From Nannocystales bacterium (lineage in GTDB: Bacteria; Myxococcota_A; Polyangia; Nannocystales; Nannocystaceae), in the NCBI GenBank assembly GCA_050633305.1, contig JBOEGF010000008.1:288001-352000 (forward strand): a DNA stretch of 64,000 nt, read 5' to 3'. The notes under the pieces were generated by a model. It was not told the DNA's origin, made no database searches, and saw only the letters and a program-made list of their open reading frames with translations. The translations under genes were made by a program, and so were the position numbers. This document shows positions 40,009-48,524 of this stretch, in pieces. The stretch's first letter is position 1. Every line of letters starts with the position of its first letter.

Positions 40009-43000
40009 TAGTCTTGCTCCTTCGCGTTCATCGACGCGCCCATGCGCAGCAGCCAGACCGTGTCCAACGCCTCCCGAAGACTCGCGCTGCGACCCCGGTA
40101 GGCGTACATCAGCGGGTAGTCCTCGACGTCGATCCACGCGAGTGCGCCGGGTGTGGGGGGGTCGAACGCGTAGCGCCGCACGATAGGGAGTAAGCCGTCG
40201 GGGTTGGCCGGGGGGCTGTCCGCGGTCTCGATCGCGGTCGAGAACGCCTCTCGCCCCGCCTCCAAGCGATCGAGATGCTCCTCGAGTTCAACGCCGTAGC
40301 CAGGGAGCGCCCGCACCCGAACGACTTCGGTTCCCCCGCTGACCGAATCGCGAACATGCGAGCCTTCCTCAGGTCCATAGAACGCCTGGGCGCCCGGCCC
40401 CACGATCCGAAGCAGCGCTCGACGGGGGCCTGAGACGACGGCCTCCGGGTGCGAGTACCGACGACCAGCGTCGTCGATGATCAGGCTCGCTTCGACATCA
40501 CCGCGCCCGGCTCGATACGCCTGAAGTAGCCAGTCGAACAGACCTTGGGACGACTCACCAAACCGCGATGCCCGATGGACGCCACTGACCCGAGTCAGCT
40601 CGATCAGGACCACGTGCGCCGAAGGGTCCGCCCCGCGCTCGACCGCGCGTTCGAGGAATCGAAGGGTGCCCAGCGTTCGCAAGAAGTCCTGGCGCCCCTG
40701 CAGCGGAAGCGAAGGACCCGGCTGCCGCCCCAGCACCCGGACCTGCACCTCAATTCCCCCCCCTCCGAAAGGTTCGGTTCGGGCCTCGGTCGCGAACGAT
40801 TCGTGTTCCACAATCTCCCCTTCGTAGTCGGCCCGCTCATCGAGCGGACGCGAAGCAGCGAGCATGGGGTCGTACTCGAGTTGCATCCGTAGGTCGTCCG
40901 CGAGGCCGCGGACCTCCGCCCGCAACGCCTCCAGGTCGGCGGCGTCCGACTGGCCCTCGGCGCTCTGGCGGGCCACCTCGTCGCTGAGGGTGTCGCTGAG
41001 CCGCGCCAGAGCATCGGAGTCGGTCAGCGCTTCCGCACGCGCCAAGGCTTCGGGGACCTCGGCCCGAAGTTGCTTGCCCGAGAATGCCAGCGCCGCTTCG
41101 AGGGGACTGCTGGATCCAAAGGCTTCTGCCTCGGCCAGCGTTTCACTGTGGAGGCGAAGCGCCCCCTCTCGCTCGAACAACCACAACATCCGCATCGCGG
41201 AAGCCTCCGAAGCTGCCAGCGAGTCCGCCAGCAGGCTCCCCACATTCGACTCCAGATAACGTTTTAGGGATCGAGCCCCATCCTTGGCCGCGAATCCTTC
41301 TCGGACGACCCGCGCGACGACGCTGGGCGTGTAACGAACGAAGACGTTGCGGTCGACCAACCCACGGCGTGACACCAGCTTGTCGAGCTCGCGGCGAGCG
41401 ATACTCGATGCAGCCTCTCGACCGAGCGGTCCGTACTCCACCACATGATCGATCCGGTTGAACAGCTCGGGGGGAAAGAACGCTCGAACCGCGGCCCCCA
41501 CGTCGGAGATGTCCGCGTCCTCGCCTCCGAATCCGACCGAGGGCGTCTTCTTCGCGCCAAGGTTCGACGTCATGATCACGATGGTGTGCGTGAAGTCGAC
41601 GCGTTGTCCGGCGGCGTCGGTGAGGCGGCCGTCGTCGAAGAGCTGAAGCATCAGGTTCAGCACCGAGGGGTCCGCCTTCTCGATCTCATCGAGGAGCACA
41701 ACCGAGAACGGCTGCGCGCGGACCTTGGCGGTCAGGGTGCCCTCGGGGTTGAAGCGGTCTCCGATGAGCCGAGACGGCGCGTCCGGAGTCCCATACTCAC
41801 TCATATCGAACCGCAGCAGGCGCGCAGTCGTTCCGTAGAGGTAGTCCGCGAGGCACTTGGCCATCTCGGTCTTCCCGGTCCCGGTCGGGCCGGTGAACAG
41901 AAAGACCCCGAACGGCCGTGAAGGGTCACAGAGCCCGGCCTTGATGCGTACGACGACGTCGCGCATCGCGGCAACGGCCGCCTCCTGCCCCATGATCTGC
42001 GAACGCAGCTGCCGCGACACCGACTCCGGATCGAGCGGTCGCTTGGCGTCGAGGAGCACCGCGGGCATGCCCGTGCGTCCCGACAGGTGCCCGATGACTT
42101 CCTGAGCACCGATGTCGGGCCGTCGCGTGCTGCCCTCACTCTGCTCGTCAAGAAGCGAGCGCGCGACTTCGGGTCGACTCGAGGCCCGTTTGGGTGTCGG
42201 GCCCCAGTGCCCGGTGGCCATCCGCGCTTCGACTGCGGTCTTGGCCTCACGCAGCCCGCAGCCGACCTTGGCTCGGTACGCCTTGATCGCCAGGATCTTC
42301 TTTCCGAGCTTGAGAGCATCATCGGCCTCGCGCAGGTTGAGGGGCCCCTGCGAGTCTCCGGTCGCGAGCTGCCGCAGCAGGTCCAGCGCCTTGCCCGGTT
42401 GTGCCCCTGCCCCGCCCAGGCTCCCGCCCAGGTCGTGCAGCATGCGGAAGATCAGCGGGTCGAACGCAACGCCACGCTCGCGCTCATACCGCCTCGCCTC
42501 CTGCACCAGCATCCGCAATGTCTCGTCACGCTCGGTCGGCTCGACGAACACCGTGGTGAACGCGGCGGCGAATCCCGGCGCCTCGTCCTGGAGCTGCGCA
42601 AGGCCTTCAGGCGAGCACTCGGCGAATGCCATCAGCTCGTTGCGCATCATCGGGCCACGGAAGAACGTCGCGAGGGCGCGATCACTGCCTCGCGTTTGTC
42701 CGATCCGCCCCCAGCCCGCGATGTCTTCGATCCACAGCACGCCGCGATGCTTGCGACAGGCTTCCACGATGTTGACGCAGCGCTCTTCCCACTGGCCCAG
42801 GTAGGACATGCCCGCGATGACTCGCTGTCCACGGACCTTCCAGACCTTGTGGATCTTGTCCAGGTTGCGGTGGGAGGGGTAGTCGTCCGCGCTGAGTAGG
42901 TCCACCACCAGCTGTTGAAGCAGGCAGCTCTTGCCCGCCCCGGAAGGACCCACAAGGAGCACGGATTTCTTCTGCCGACCACATGCAAGCTGGGCCAAGG

Positions 43001-43679
43001 TGTCGCGATACGGCGCGCGTGCGATGACCGGGTCCGCGACGCCGTCGACAACATGCATCGTGGCGCATGAGCCCAACCGGGTGAGGAGCGCCTCACCGGT
43101 CGGCCCCGATCCCCCGCCTAGCAGCGCCGGCGGCTTGTCTTTCTTTTTCTCGAGCTTGGCCTCGAGCGGTTTGGGCGAGATGGAGAACGCGACCAGCTCC
43201 AGCTTGTCCTTCTTCTCGGACTCCAACGAGGATAGCTCGTCCTCGGGAAGGTCCGCCCAGTCCACCTGGAAGAACGCCTTGGCTTCATCGGCCAACTCCC
43301 GCTCCTCCTCGTGCACGAACCAGGCGCCGGGCCGCAACGGGTGATAGGCGACGAGAATCGGGCCGGGCACCGCGCCTCCCCGGGTTCTCGGCTCGACCAC
43401 GATCGGCACCGTCCCGTAGAACCGTGAGCGCGCACCGCCGTTGCGCATCGAGAGGTCCAGCCGCACCAAGTGCAGCCGCCGTCCGCGAACCGTCTCCAGG
43501 GGTTCGAGTTCGTGGGGGAAGAGTTTCGCGACCCGTTTGCGTACCCCGTCCATGAGCCGCTGGCGGGCCTTGGCGGCACTCGAGGCGGACACCGTCGTGC
43601 AGAATGGACCCACACCAACCGTGGTCCAATGCACACGGCGTCCGGAGACCCGGGAGAAAACCGAGAGTCTCACCTCCAT
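40008..43679 (-). CDS. Atypical ClpA/B-family ATPase with L7/L12-CTD-like insert and release-factor-like C-terminus (second gene, 1223 aa)
   Basis: GPSGAGKS; GPTGTGKTE, LLDEIEKAD, GARSLKR; KILAIKAYRAKVGCGLREAKTAVE; GGAGGAGG Shine-Dalgarno. Confidence 0.88.
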   Translation of the reverse strand: MEVRLSVFSRVSGRRVHWTTVGVGPFCTTVSASSAAKARQRLMDGVRKRVAKLFPHELEPLETVRGRRLHLVRLDLSMRNGGARSRFYGTVPIVVEPRTRGGAVPGPILVAYHPLRPGAWFVHEEERELADEAKAFFQVDWADLPEDELSSLESEKKDKLELVAFSISPKPLEAKLEKKKDKPPALLGGGSGPTGEALLTRLGSCATMHVVDGVADPVIARAPYRDTLAQLACGRQKKSVLLVGPSGAGKSCLLQQLVVDLLSADDYPSHRNLDKIHKVWKVRGQRVIAGMSYLGQWEERCVNIVEACRKHRGVLWIEDIAGWGRIGQTRGSDRALATFFRGPMMRNELMAFAECSPEGLAQLQDEAPGFAAAFTTVFVEPTERDETLRMLVQEARRYERERGVAFDPLIFRMLHDLGGSLGGAGAQPGKALDLLRQLATGDSQGPLNLREADDALKLGKKILAIKAYRAKVGCGLREAKTAVEARMATGHWGPTPKRASSRPEVARSLLDEQSEGSTRRPDIGAQEVIGHLSGRTGMPAVLLDAKRPLDPESVSRQLRSQIMGQEAAVAAMRDVVVRIKAGLCDPSRPFGVFLFTGPTGTGKTEMAKCLADYLYGTTARLLRFDMSEYGTPDAPSRLIGDRFNPEGTLTAKVRAQPFSVVLLDEIEKADPSVLNLMLQLFDDGRLTDAAGQRVDFTHTIVIMTSNLGAKKTPSVGFGGEDADISDVGAAVRAFFPPELFNRIDHVVEYGPLGREAASSIARRELDKLVSRRGLVDRNVFVRYTPSVVARVVREGFAAKDGARSLKRYLESNVGSLLADSLAASEASAMRMLWLFEREGALRLHSETLAEAEAFGSSSPLEAALAFSGKQLRAEVPEALARAEALTDSDALARLSDTLSDEVARQSAEGQSDAADLEALRAEVRGLADDLRMQLEYDPMLAASRPLDERADYEGEIVEHESFATEARTEPFGGGGIEVQVRVLGRQPGPSLPLQGRQDFLRTLGTLRFLERAVERGADPSAHVVLIELTRVSGVHRASRFGESSQGLFDWLLQAYRAGRGDVEASLIIDDAGRRYSHPEAVVSGPRRALLRIVGPGAQAFYGPEEGSHVRDSVSGGTEVVRVRALPGYGVELEEHLDRLEAGREAFSTAIETADSPPANPDGLLPIVRRYAFDPPTPGALAWIDVEDYPLMYAYRGRSASLREALDTVWLLRMGASMNAKEQD

Positions 43680-43680
43680 C

Positions 43681-46600
43681 TCAGGCCTCCTCCTGATCCA
43701 GGGAGTCCGCAGCGCGCCCAGCAAACTGGACCCGCTCCAATGCCGCGGCGTAGTCGGTCAACGCCGAAAAACTAAACTGTGCACGAGGCTCTTCGTGCAC
43801 CACTTGCCACCGGCCATCCTGCACCGTCCAACCTCTCGCCGGCGTCTCCCGGAGGAGTTCATTCGTCTTGCGGGCTGCCGGGATCACGTACACATCGCCC
43901 TTGAACGGCTTCCGCGGGCACAACGTGGTCAAAGGAATGTCGTAGGTGTCGCTCATCGTCGACAGCTCCAGGACATCGACCCTGTCGCCGCTCTCCGCTT
44001 GAAAGTGCCACAAGCCCGTTTCGTGGCCGAGCAGCGGCTCGGCCAGACTTCCACGGACTCGAATCAAGACCTCCGACCACCGTGAACGCGCCTTTTCAGT
44101 CTCGGTCTCTCGTCGTTCCCGCCACCACCCGAGAGTCCGCGGAGGGCCGTATCGTCCCTTGGCTGGCCACCCTTCCTCAGACTCAGGGTCACCGACGCGA
44201 TGCAGTGTGACGTCCCAACCTCGGGCCCGTGCCGCCGCGTCGATGATCGACAGGACCTCATGGGTCCGACGTCCCCCCGGTGAGCGCGCGAACAGACAGA
44301 TGCGGTCGCCGCCCTGAAACGAGGCGAGCAGTCGGACGAACGCGCGTTCGAAACGTGCGAACGCCTCGAGTGCTTCGGTGACGAAGAGGTCGGCCCCCGC
44401 GCCTTCGAGCACGGCCGCCATCGCGAGTTCCTCCGCGTCCGCGATCGCGTCGGCATGTTCCGTTGCTTCTCCCATCACCCCCTGGAGCAGTCCGAGCTCA
44501 GCGGCGGTCTGGCCCGCGCCTGCGGTGGTGTCACTGGGCTTGGCACCCGCGAGATCCGCGATCAGATAATCCAGACGTTCGCGAATGGTCTGAACGCGGG
44601 GTCCGTACATGCATCGGTCGGCGGTCCGTCGAAGCGCCGCGACGGATCCGAGTTGATGCACCCCCTGCCGACGCTGAGTCCCTAGCGGACGCATCACGGA
44701 GATCGACAGATCCCTCGATTCCTCGAGCGCCTCACGGGTGAACCCTTCGGGGAGTTCCGGAGACTCGTCGCCCGGACGCGAGACCGCGAGCAAGGCACCA
44801 TCGAGAACCTCGGCGTGTGTCGCCATCGCAGCACAGACGGGTCCAACCAGTGCAGACTCGAGATGCCTTCGGAGCGCCCGCGCGCCGTACTCCGCCGAGT
44901 ATCCAGCCTCGGCGAGCCCATCGAGCGCTTGCTGCGAGACCTCCAGTTCGGTCGCACGTCCCAGCAGCCCATCGCGTTCGACGACCTTTCTCATGGCGAC
45001 CTCGGCGACCGCCGAGACCTCGCTTCGCTGCAGCGCTGAGAAGGGAATCACCCGGTCGATCCGCCCCACAAACTCCGGCCGAAAGTGCTTGTCGACCTGC
45101 TCCAAGTAGTAGGACGCGATCGCGTCCGGCTCATTGGTCGCGGTGGAGGCAAACCCCGCGTCAGGGCGCCTCAATGCGGCCCCAAGGTTGCTCGTCATGA
45201 TGATGATCGCGTTGTTGAACCAGGTCGTTCGGCCACGAGCATCCGACAGACGCCCCTCGCCACACACCTGCAGCAACAGATCGAACACAGCGCTGTGGGC
45301 CTTCTCGATTTCATCCAGCAGAATCACGCAAAACGGCTGCTGTCGGACCCTCCGGGTCAGCTCCCCCTCCTCTCGGAGCGTCCCACGGATGAGCCGGTCG
45401 GCGGCGAGCGGGTCCATGTACTCGGACATGTCAAAGCGGACCATCCGGTCGCCGCTGCCGAACAGGAACTGCGCCAGGGTCTTCGCGACCTCGGTCTTGC
45501 CGACTCCGGTTGGTCCGATGAACAAGAAGTTCGCCAGCGGTTTACCGGGCGGCTGGAGGTTCGCCTTCACCATGCAGACCGTCTCTGCCACCTTGCGCAC
45601 CGCCTCCTGCTGACCGATCACCCGGCGGGCGAAGAAGCGCTCGACCTCATCCAGCTTGACCGCCCGATCCTCCTTCAGCAGGAACAGCGGAATCCCCGAA
45701 CGAGCAGAAAAGGCGCGATACACCTCCGTCGGCCCGATCGATTTCGGCGAACCATCCTCGCTCACCTCGGCTTCATGAATCGCCCGCAACTCGTCGTGGA
45801 GCCGAATCGCCTTTCCGGGAAAGGCCTCGTACGCGAGGTAGCGCTCACACAGGTCGAGCAAGGGCGGAAGCGCCGCGCTCGCGAGGGAGGGTCGATGTGG
45901 TTCGTGCGCACGTGCGTGCGCGGCCCGAGCCTCGAGGACCGGGCGCGTCGCATCTTTGTCCAGCGGCTCGACCGTCACCCGAGACAACGCAGCGAAGAAA
46001 CCGACGTGCATCTTCTCGTAGTGCGAGACCTGCTCGGGCGTGAGTTCGCCGACCACCCGCACTCGGTCTTGGGTGACGTACGGAAGCATCCCCGACACCA
46101 TGTCGCCGATCTCCCCAGGACGCCCGGAGAGCAAGTCGCCGAGGTTGTCGAAGTACACGATCGCATCGAGTTCCTCGGCGGCCTTCATCACGTCGGCGAC
46201 GCGCTGCTCGAGTTCGCCGAACCCCGACTGACCAGCGACGAGCTGTGCCCCTGAAGTCGCGATGACCATGCGGCCACCGAGCGGGTCGGGTCCGCTCCCG
46301 TGCACCGCCCGAGAGACGAGACCGTGCATCAACGCCGACTTGCCCGCGAGCTCCCGCCCGATGAGCAGAACACTGAGCCGTTCGCCCCCGCCGAGCAGAC
46401 CCGTCAGGGCATCGATCTCGTCCGAACGCTCGAGCACGTCCGGCTGACGTTCCTTGCGATGCAACGACCGCAGCGGGGTGCCGATCTCCGAGAGAAGCTT
46501 CTCCCCTGCTCCACGCTCCCGACTCTTCGCCCGTTTGCGTCGGCTGTGCGCCCGGGCCCCCGCATCCGCCGCATCTTCGCGACTCACCGAGAGCTTGAGC

Positions 46601-47082
46601 TGGTGAAGCCCGTGCCGCGCGGCCGGCAACCGCGTGAGCATCTCGGTTGCGGAGAGACCCTGAACCTTCGCAGCTCTCTGTGCGGCCTCCGCAACAACAC
46701 GATGCAGGTCATCAGCCTGCTCCACGTAGACGAATGTCTCCAGCGGGAGAATCTGGACCCAGAAGGACCGGTCGTGCGGGATGATGACGCAGGCCATCGT
46801 GACTGGTTTCGTGACGGCGATCCGCCGAGGAAGATCCGAGCGAGACAACAACACCGGGACCTCCACCATCGTCGCGTCACTCGGCAGCGAAAACGTCGCC
46901 AAACTCGCCGCAGGGACCTTCTGGAGGTAGAGGGTGAGGAAACGCTCCTGTTGTTGGAGCGCCGCCTCCACCGAGGTCGTGCGGCTCGCCAACTTCGGGT
47001 CGACCAACGGGTAGGCGTACACGCCACCGCTCGTCATCTCCCTCACCACCATCGTCGCGTCGAGCTCGACTGCCGTCGCCAT
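43681..47082 (-). CDS. Atypical ClpA/B-family ATPase with release-factor-like C-terminus (first gene, 1133 aa)
   Basis: GRELAGKS; FPGKA; GPTGVGKTE, LLDEIEKAH, RPEFVGRID, GARALRR. Confidence 0.88.
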   Translation of the reverse strand: MATAVELDATMVVREMTSGGVYAYPLVDPKLASRTTSVEAALQQQERFLTLYLQKVPAASLATFSLPSDATMVEVPVLLSRSDLPRRIAVTKPVTMACVIIPHDRSFWVQILPLETFVYVEQADDLHRVVAEAAQRAAKVQGLSATEMLTRLPAARHGLHQLKLSVSREDAADAGARAHSRRKRAKSRERGAGEKLLSEIGTPLRSLHRKERQPDVLERSDEIDALTGLLGGGERLSVLLIGRELAGKSALMHGLVSRAVHGSGPDPLGGRMVIATSGAQLVAGQSGFGELEQRVADVMKAAEELDAIVYFDNLGDLLSGRPGEIGDMVSGMLPYVTQDRVRVVGELTPEQVSHYEKMHVGFFAALSRVTVEPLDKDATRPVLEARAAHARAHEPHRPSLASAALPPLLDLCERYLAYEAFPGKAIRLHDELRAIHEAEVSEDGSPKSIGPTEVYRAFSARSGIPLFLLKEDRAVKLDEVERFFARRVIGQQEAVRKVAETVCMVKANLQPPGKPLANFLFIGPTGVGKTEVAKTLAQFLFGSGDRMVRFDMSEYMDPLAADRLIRGTLREEGELTRRVRQQPFCVILLDEIEKAHSAVFDLLLQVCGEGRLSDARGRTTWFNNAIIIMTSNLGAALRRPDAGFASTATNEPDAIASYYLEQVDKHFRPEFVGRIDRVIPFSALQRSEVSAVAEVAMRKVVERDGLLGRATELEVSQQALDGLAEAGYSAEYGARALRRHLESALVGPVCAAMATHAEVLDGALLAVSRPGDESPELPEGFTREALEESRDLSISVMRPLGTQRRQGVHQLGSVAALRRTADRCMYGPRVQTIRERLDYLIADLAGAKPSDTTAGAGQTAAELGLLQGVMGEATEHADAIADAEELAMAAVLEGAGADLFVTEALEAFARFERAFVRLLASFQGGDRICLFARSPGGRRTHEVLSIIDAAARARGWDVTLHRVGDPESEEGWPAKGRYGPPRTLGWWRERRETETEKARSRWSEVLIRVRGSLAEPLLGHETGLWHFQAESGDRVDVLELSTMSDTYDIPLTTLCPRKPFKGDVYVIPAARKTNELLRETPARGWTVQDGRWQVVHEEPRAQFSFSALTDYAAALERVQFAGRAADSLDQEEA

Positions 47083-47137
47083 CGGCGCCGAGCGTACCTG
47101 AGTTTGGGCACCTCGTGCCGCCTGCTAGTCTCGCGCG

Positions 47138-48457
47138 ATGATGGCTCGGACTGCATTGAACTCGACCTCGGCACTTCTTCTGCTCACGATGTTCAGCGGT
47201 CCGGGCTGCGGCGACGACAGTCACGCTGACGAGACGATGGGCGAGGGCGGTACCGAAGTCGGCTCAACCGGAACCCCCGCAACGACCGGACCCGTCGCCT
47301 CGACCGGAGCCCTCGAAACGGACGGGGGGAGCGGGGACGAGAGCAGCACCGGGTCCGACAGCGAAGACGGGCCCCAGCCCTCGGGTCCCGACCACGCCAT
47401 CGACCCCGCGGTTCCAGGGCCCTACCCGGTCGGCGTGATGACCGTCGAGTTCGTCGACCCCACACGCGAGGGCGGACGCCCGCTCATCACGGAGATCTGG
47501 TACCCGGCGACCGACGATGCGATCGGCATGGACACTGTCACCTACACCCCGGAGGACATCTTCCGCCCGGACGCGATCGAAGTGTTGGGCAACGACCTGT
47601 CCTCGGAAATCGCCACCTCGGCGGTTCGAGATGCGCCCATGCGGGGCGACGATGGCCCATACCCCGTCGTGTTCTTCAGCCACGGTTCGGGTGGAATTCG
47701 CATGCAGTCCACCTACTACACGGTGGACATGGCGAGCCACGGGTACGTCGTCATCTCGCCTGATCACATCGGCAACACACTCAGCGACATCATCGTCACC
47801 GGTGACCTGACCACGGCCGACCTCGCTGAGAGTCTTGGAAACCGCCCTCTCGATCTCTCGTTCGTGCGGGAGGAGCTGGAACTTCTCGAGGCGGACGACC
47901 CGTTGTCCGCGCTCATGGACTTCGAGCATGTTGGCGTGACCGGGCACTCGTTCGGCGCTCTCACCTCGTTGCGGTGGATGGGACAAGGCGCGGACGTCGA
48001 TGCCGTCGTCGCCCAAACGCCGCCGAGCATGGAGCTGAACTGGCTCGCGATCTCGACCCCGCTCTCGGACTTCACCACCCCGATCCAGCTTCAGGTGGGT
48101 GGAGTGGACCTCACCCTTCCCGCGGAGACCAACGCGGACACGGTCTGGGAAGCCGCGTCCGAGCCCCGCTCACGAATGACCTTGAGCAACGCAGGTCACT
48201 TCACCTTCAGCGACATGTGCGGGCTCAACATCGCGGACATCGAGGCGGTCGCCAAGCTCGGCGTATCCTCGGCGCTCGAGGATGGCTGTACAAAGGAAAA
48301 CACCGACCCCGAGATCGCCGCCGCTGCGATCCGACACTACGGTATCGGCTTCTTCAACGTGTACCTGCGCGAATCCACGCCGACGCTCGATCTGCTGACC
48401 CAGGAGGCCGGAGAGGCCATTGCAGGCGATCTGCTGACCTGGGAAGCCGAGCTTTGA
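47138..48457 (+). CDS. Alpha/beta hydrolase lipoprotein (PAF-AH/dienelactone-hydrolase-like)
   Basis: PVVFFSHG, GHSFG nucleophile elbow, GHFTFSD. Confidence 0.85.
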   Translation: MMARTALNSTSALLLLTMFSGPGCGDDSHADETMGEGGTEVGSTGTPATTGPVASTGALETDGGSGDESSTGSDSEDGPQPSGPDHAIDPAVPGPYPVGVMTVEFVDPTREGGRPLITEIWYPATDDAIGMDTVTYTPEDIFRPDAIEVLGNDLSSEIATSAVRDAPMRGDDGPYPVVFFSHGSGGIRMQSTYYTVDMASHGYVVISPDHIGNTLSDIIVTGDLTTADLAESLGNRPLDLSFVREELELLEADDPLSALMDFEHVGVTGHSFGALTSLRWMGQGADVDAVVAQTPPSMELNWLAISTPLSDFTTPIQLQVGGVDLTLPAETNADTVWEAASEPRSRMTLSNAGHFTFSDMCGLNIADIEAVAKLGVSSALEDGCTKENTDPEIAAAAIRHYGIGFFNVYLRESTPTLDLLTQEAGEAIAGDLLTWEAEL

Positions 48458-48524
48458 ATACCTAAGCATACACACCGTCTTTCACTCCAGCCACAGCTGG
48501 GGTGAAGGGATATCGTTCGCGAGG

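Noticed and set aside
37753..47082. Calling the ATPases ClpV (T6SS) or housekeeping clpA/clpB
   Set aside because: No T6SS genes, no Clp-N repeats, no M-domain, no GYVG loop.
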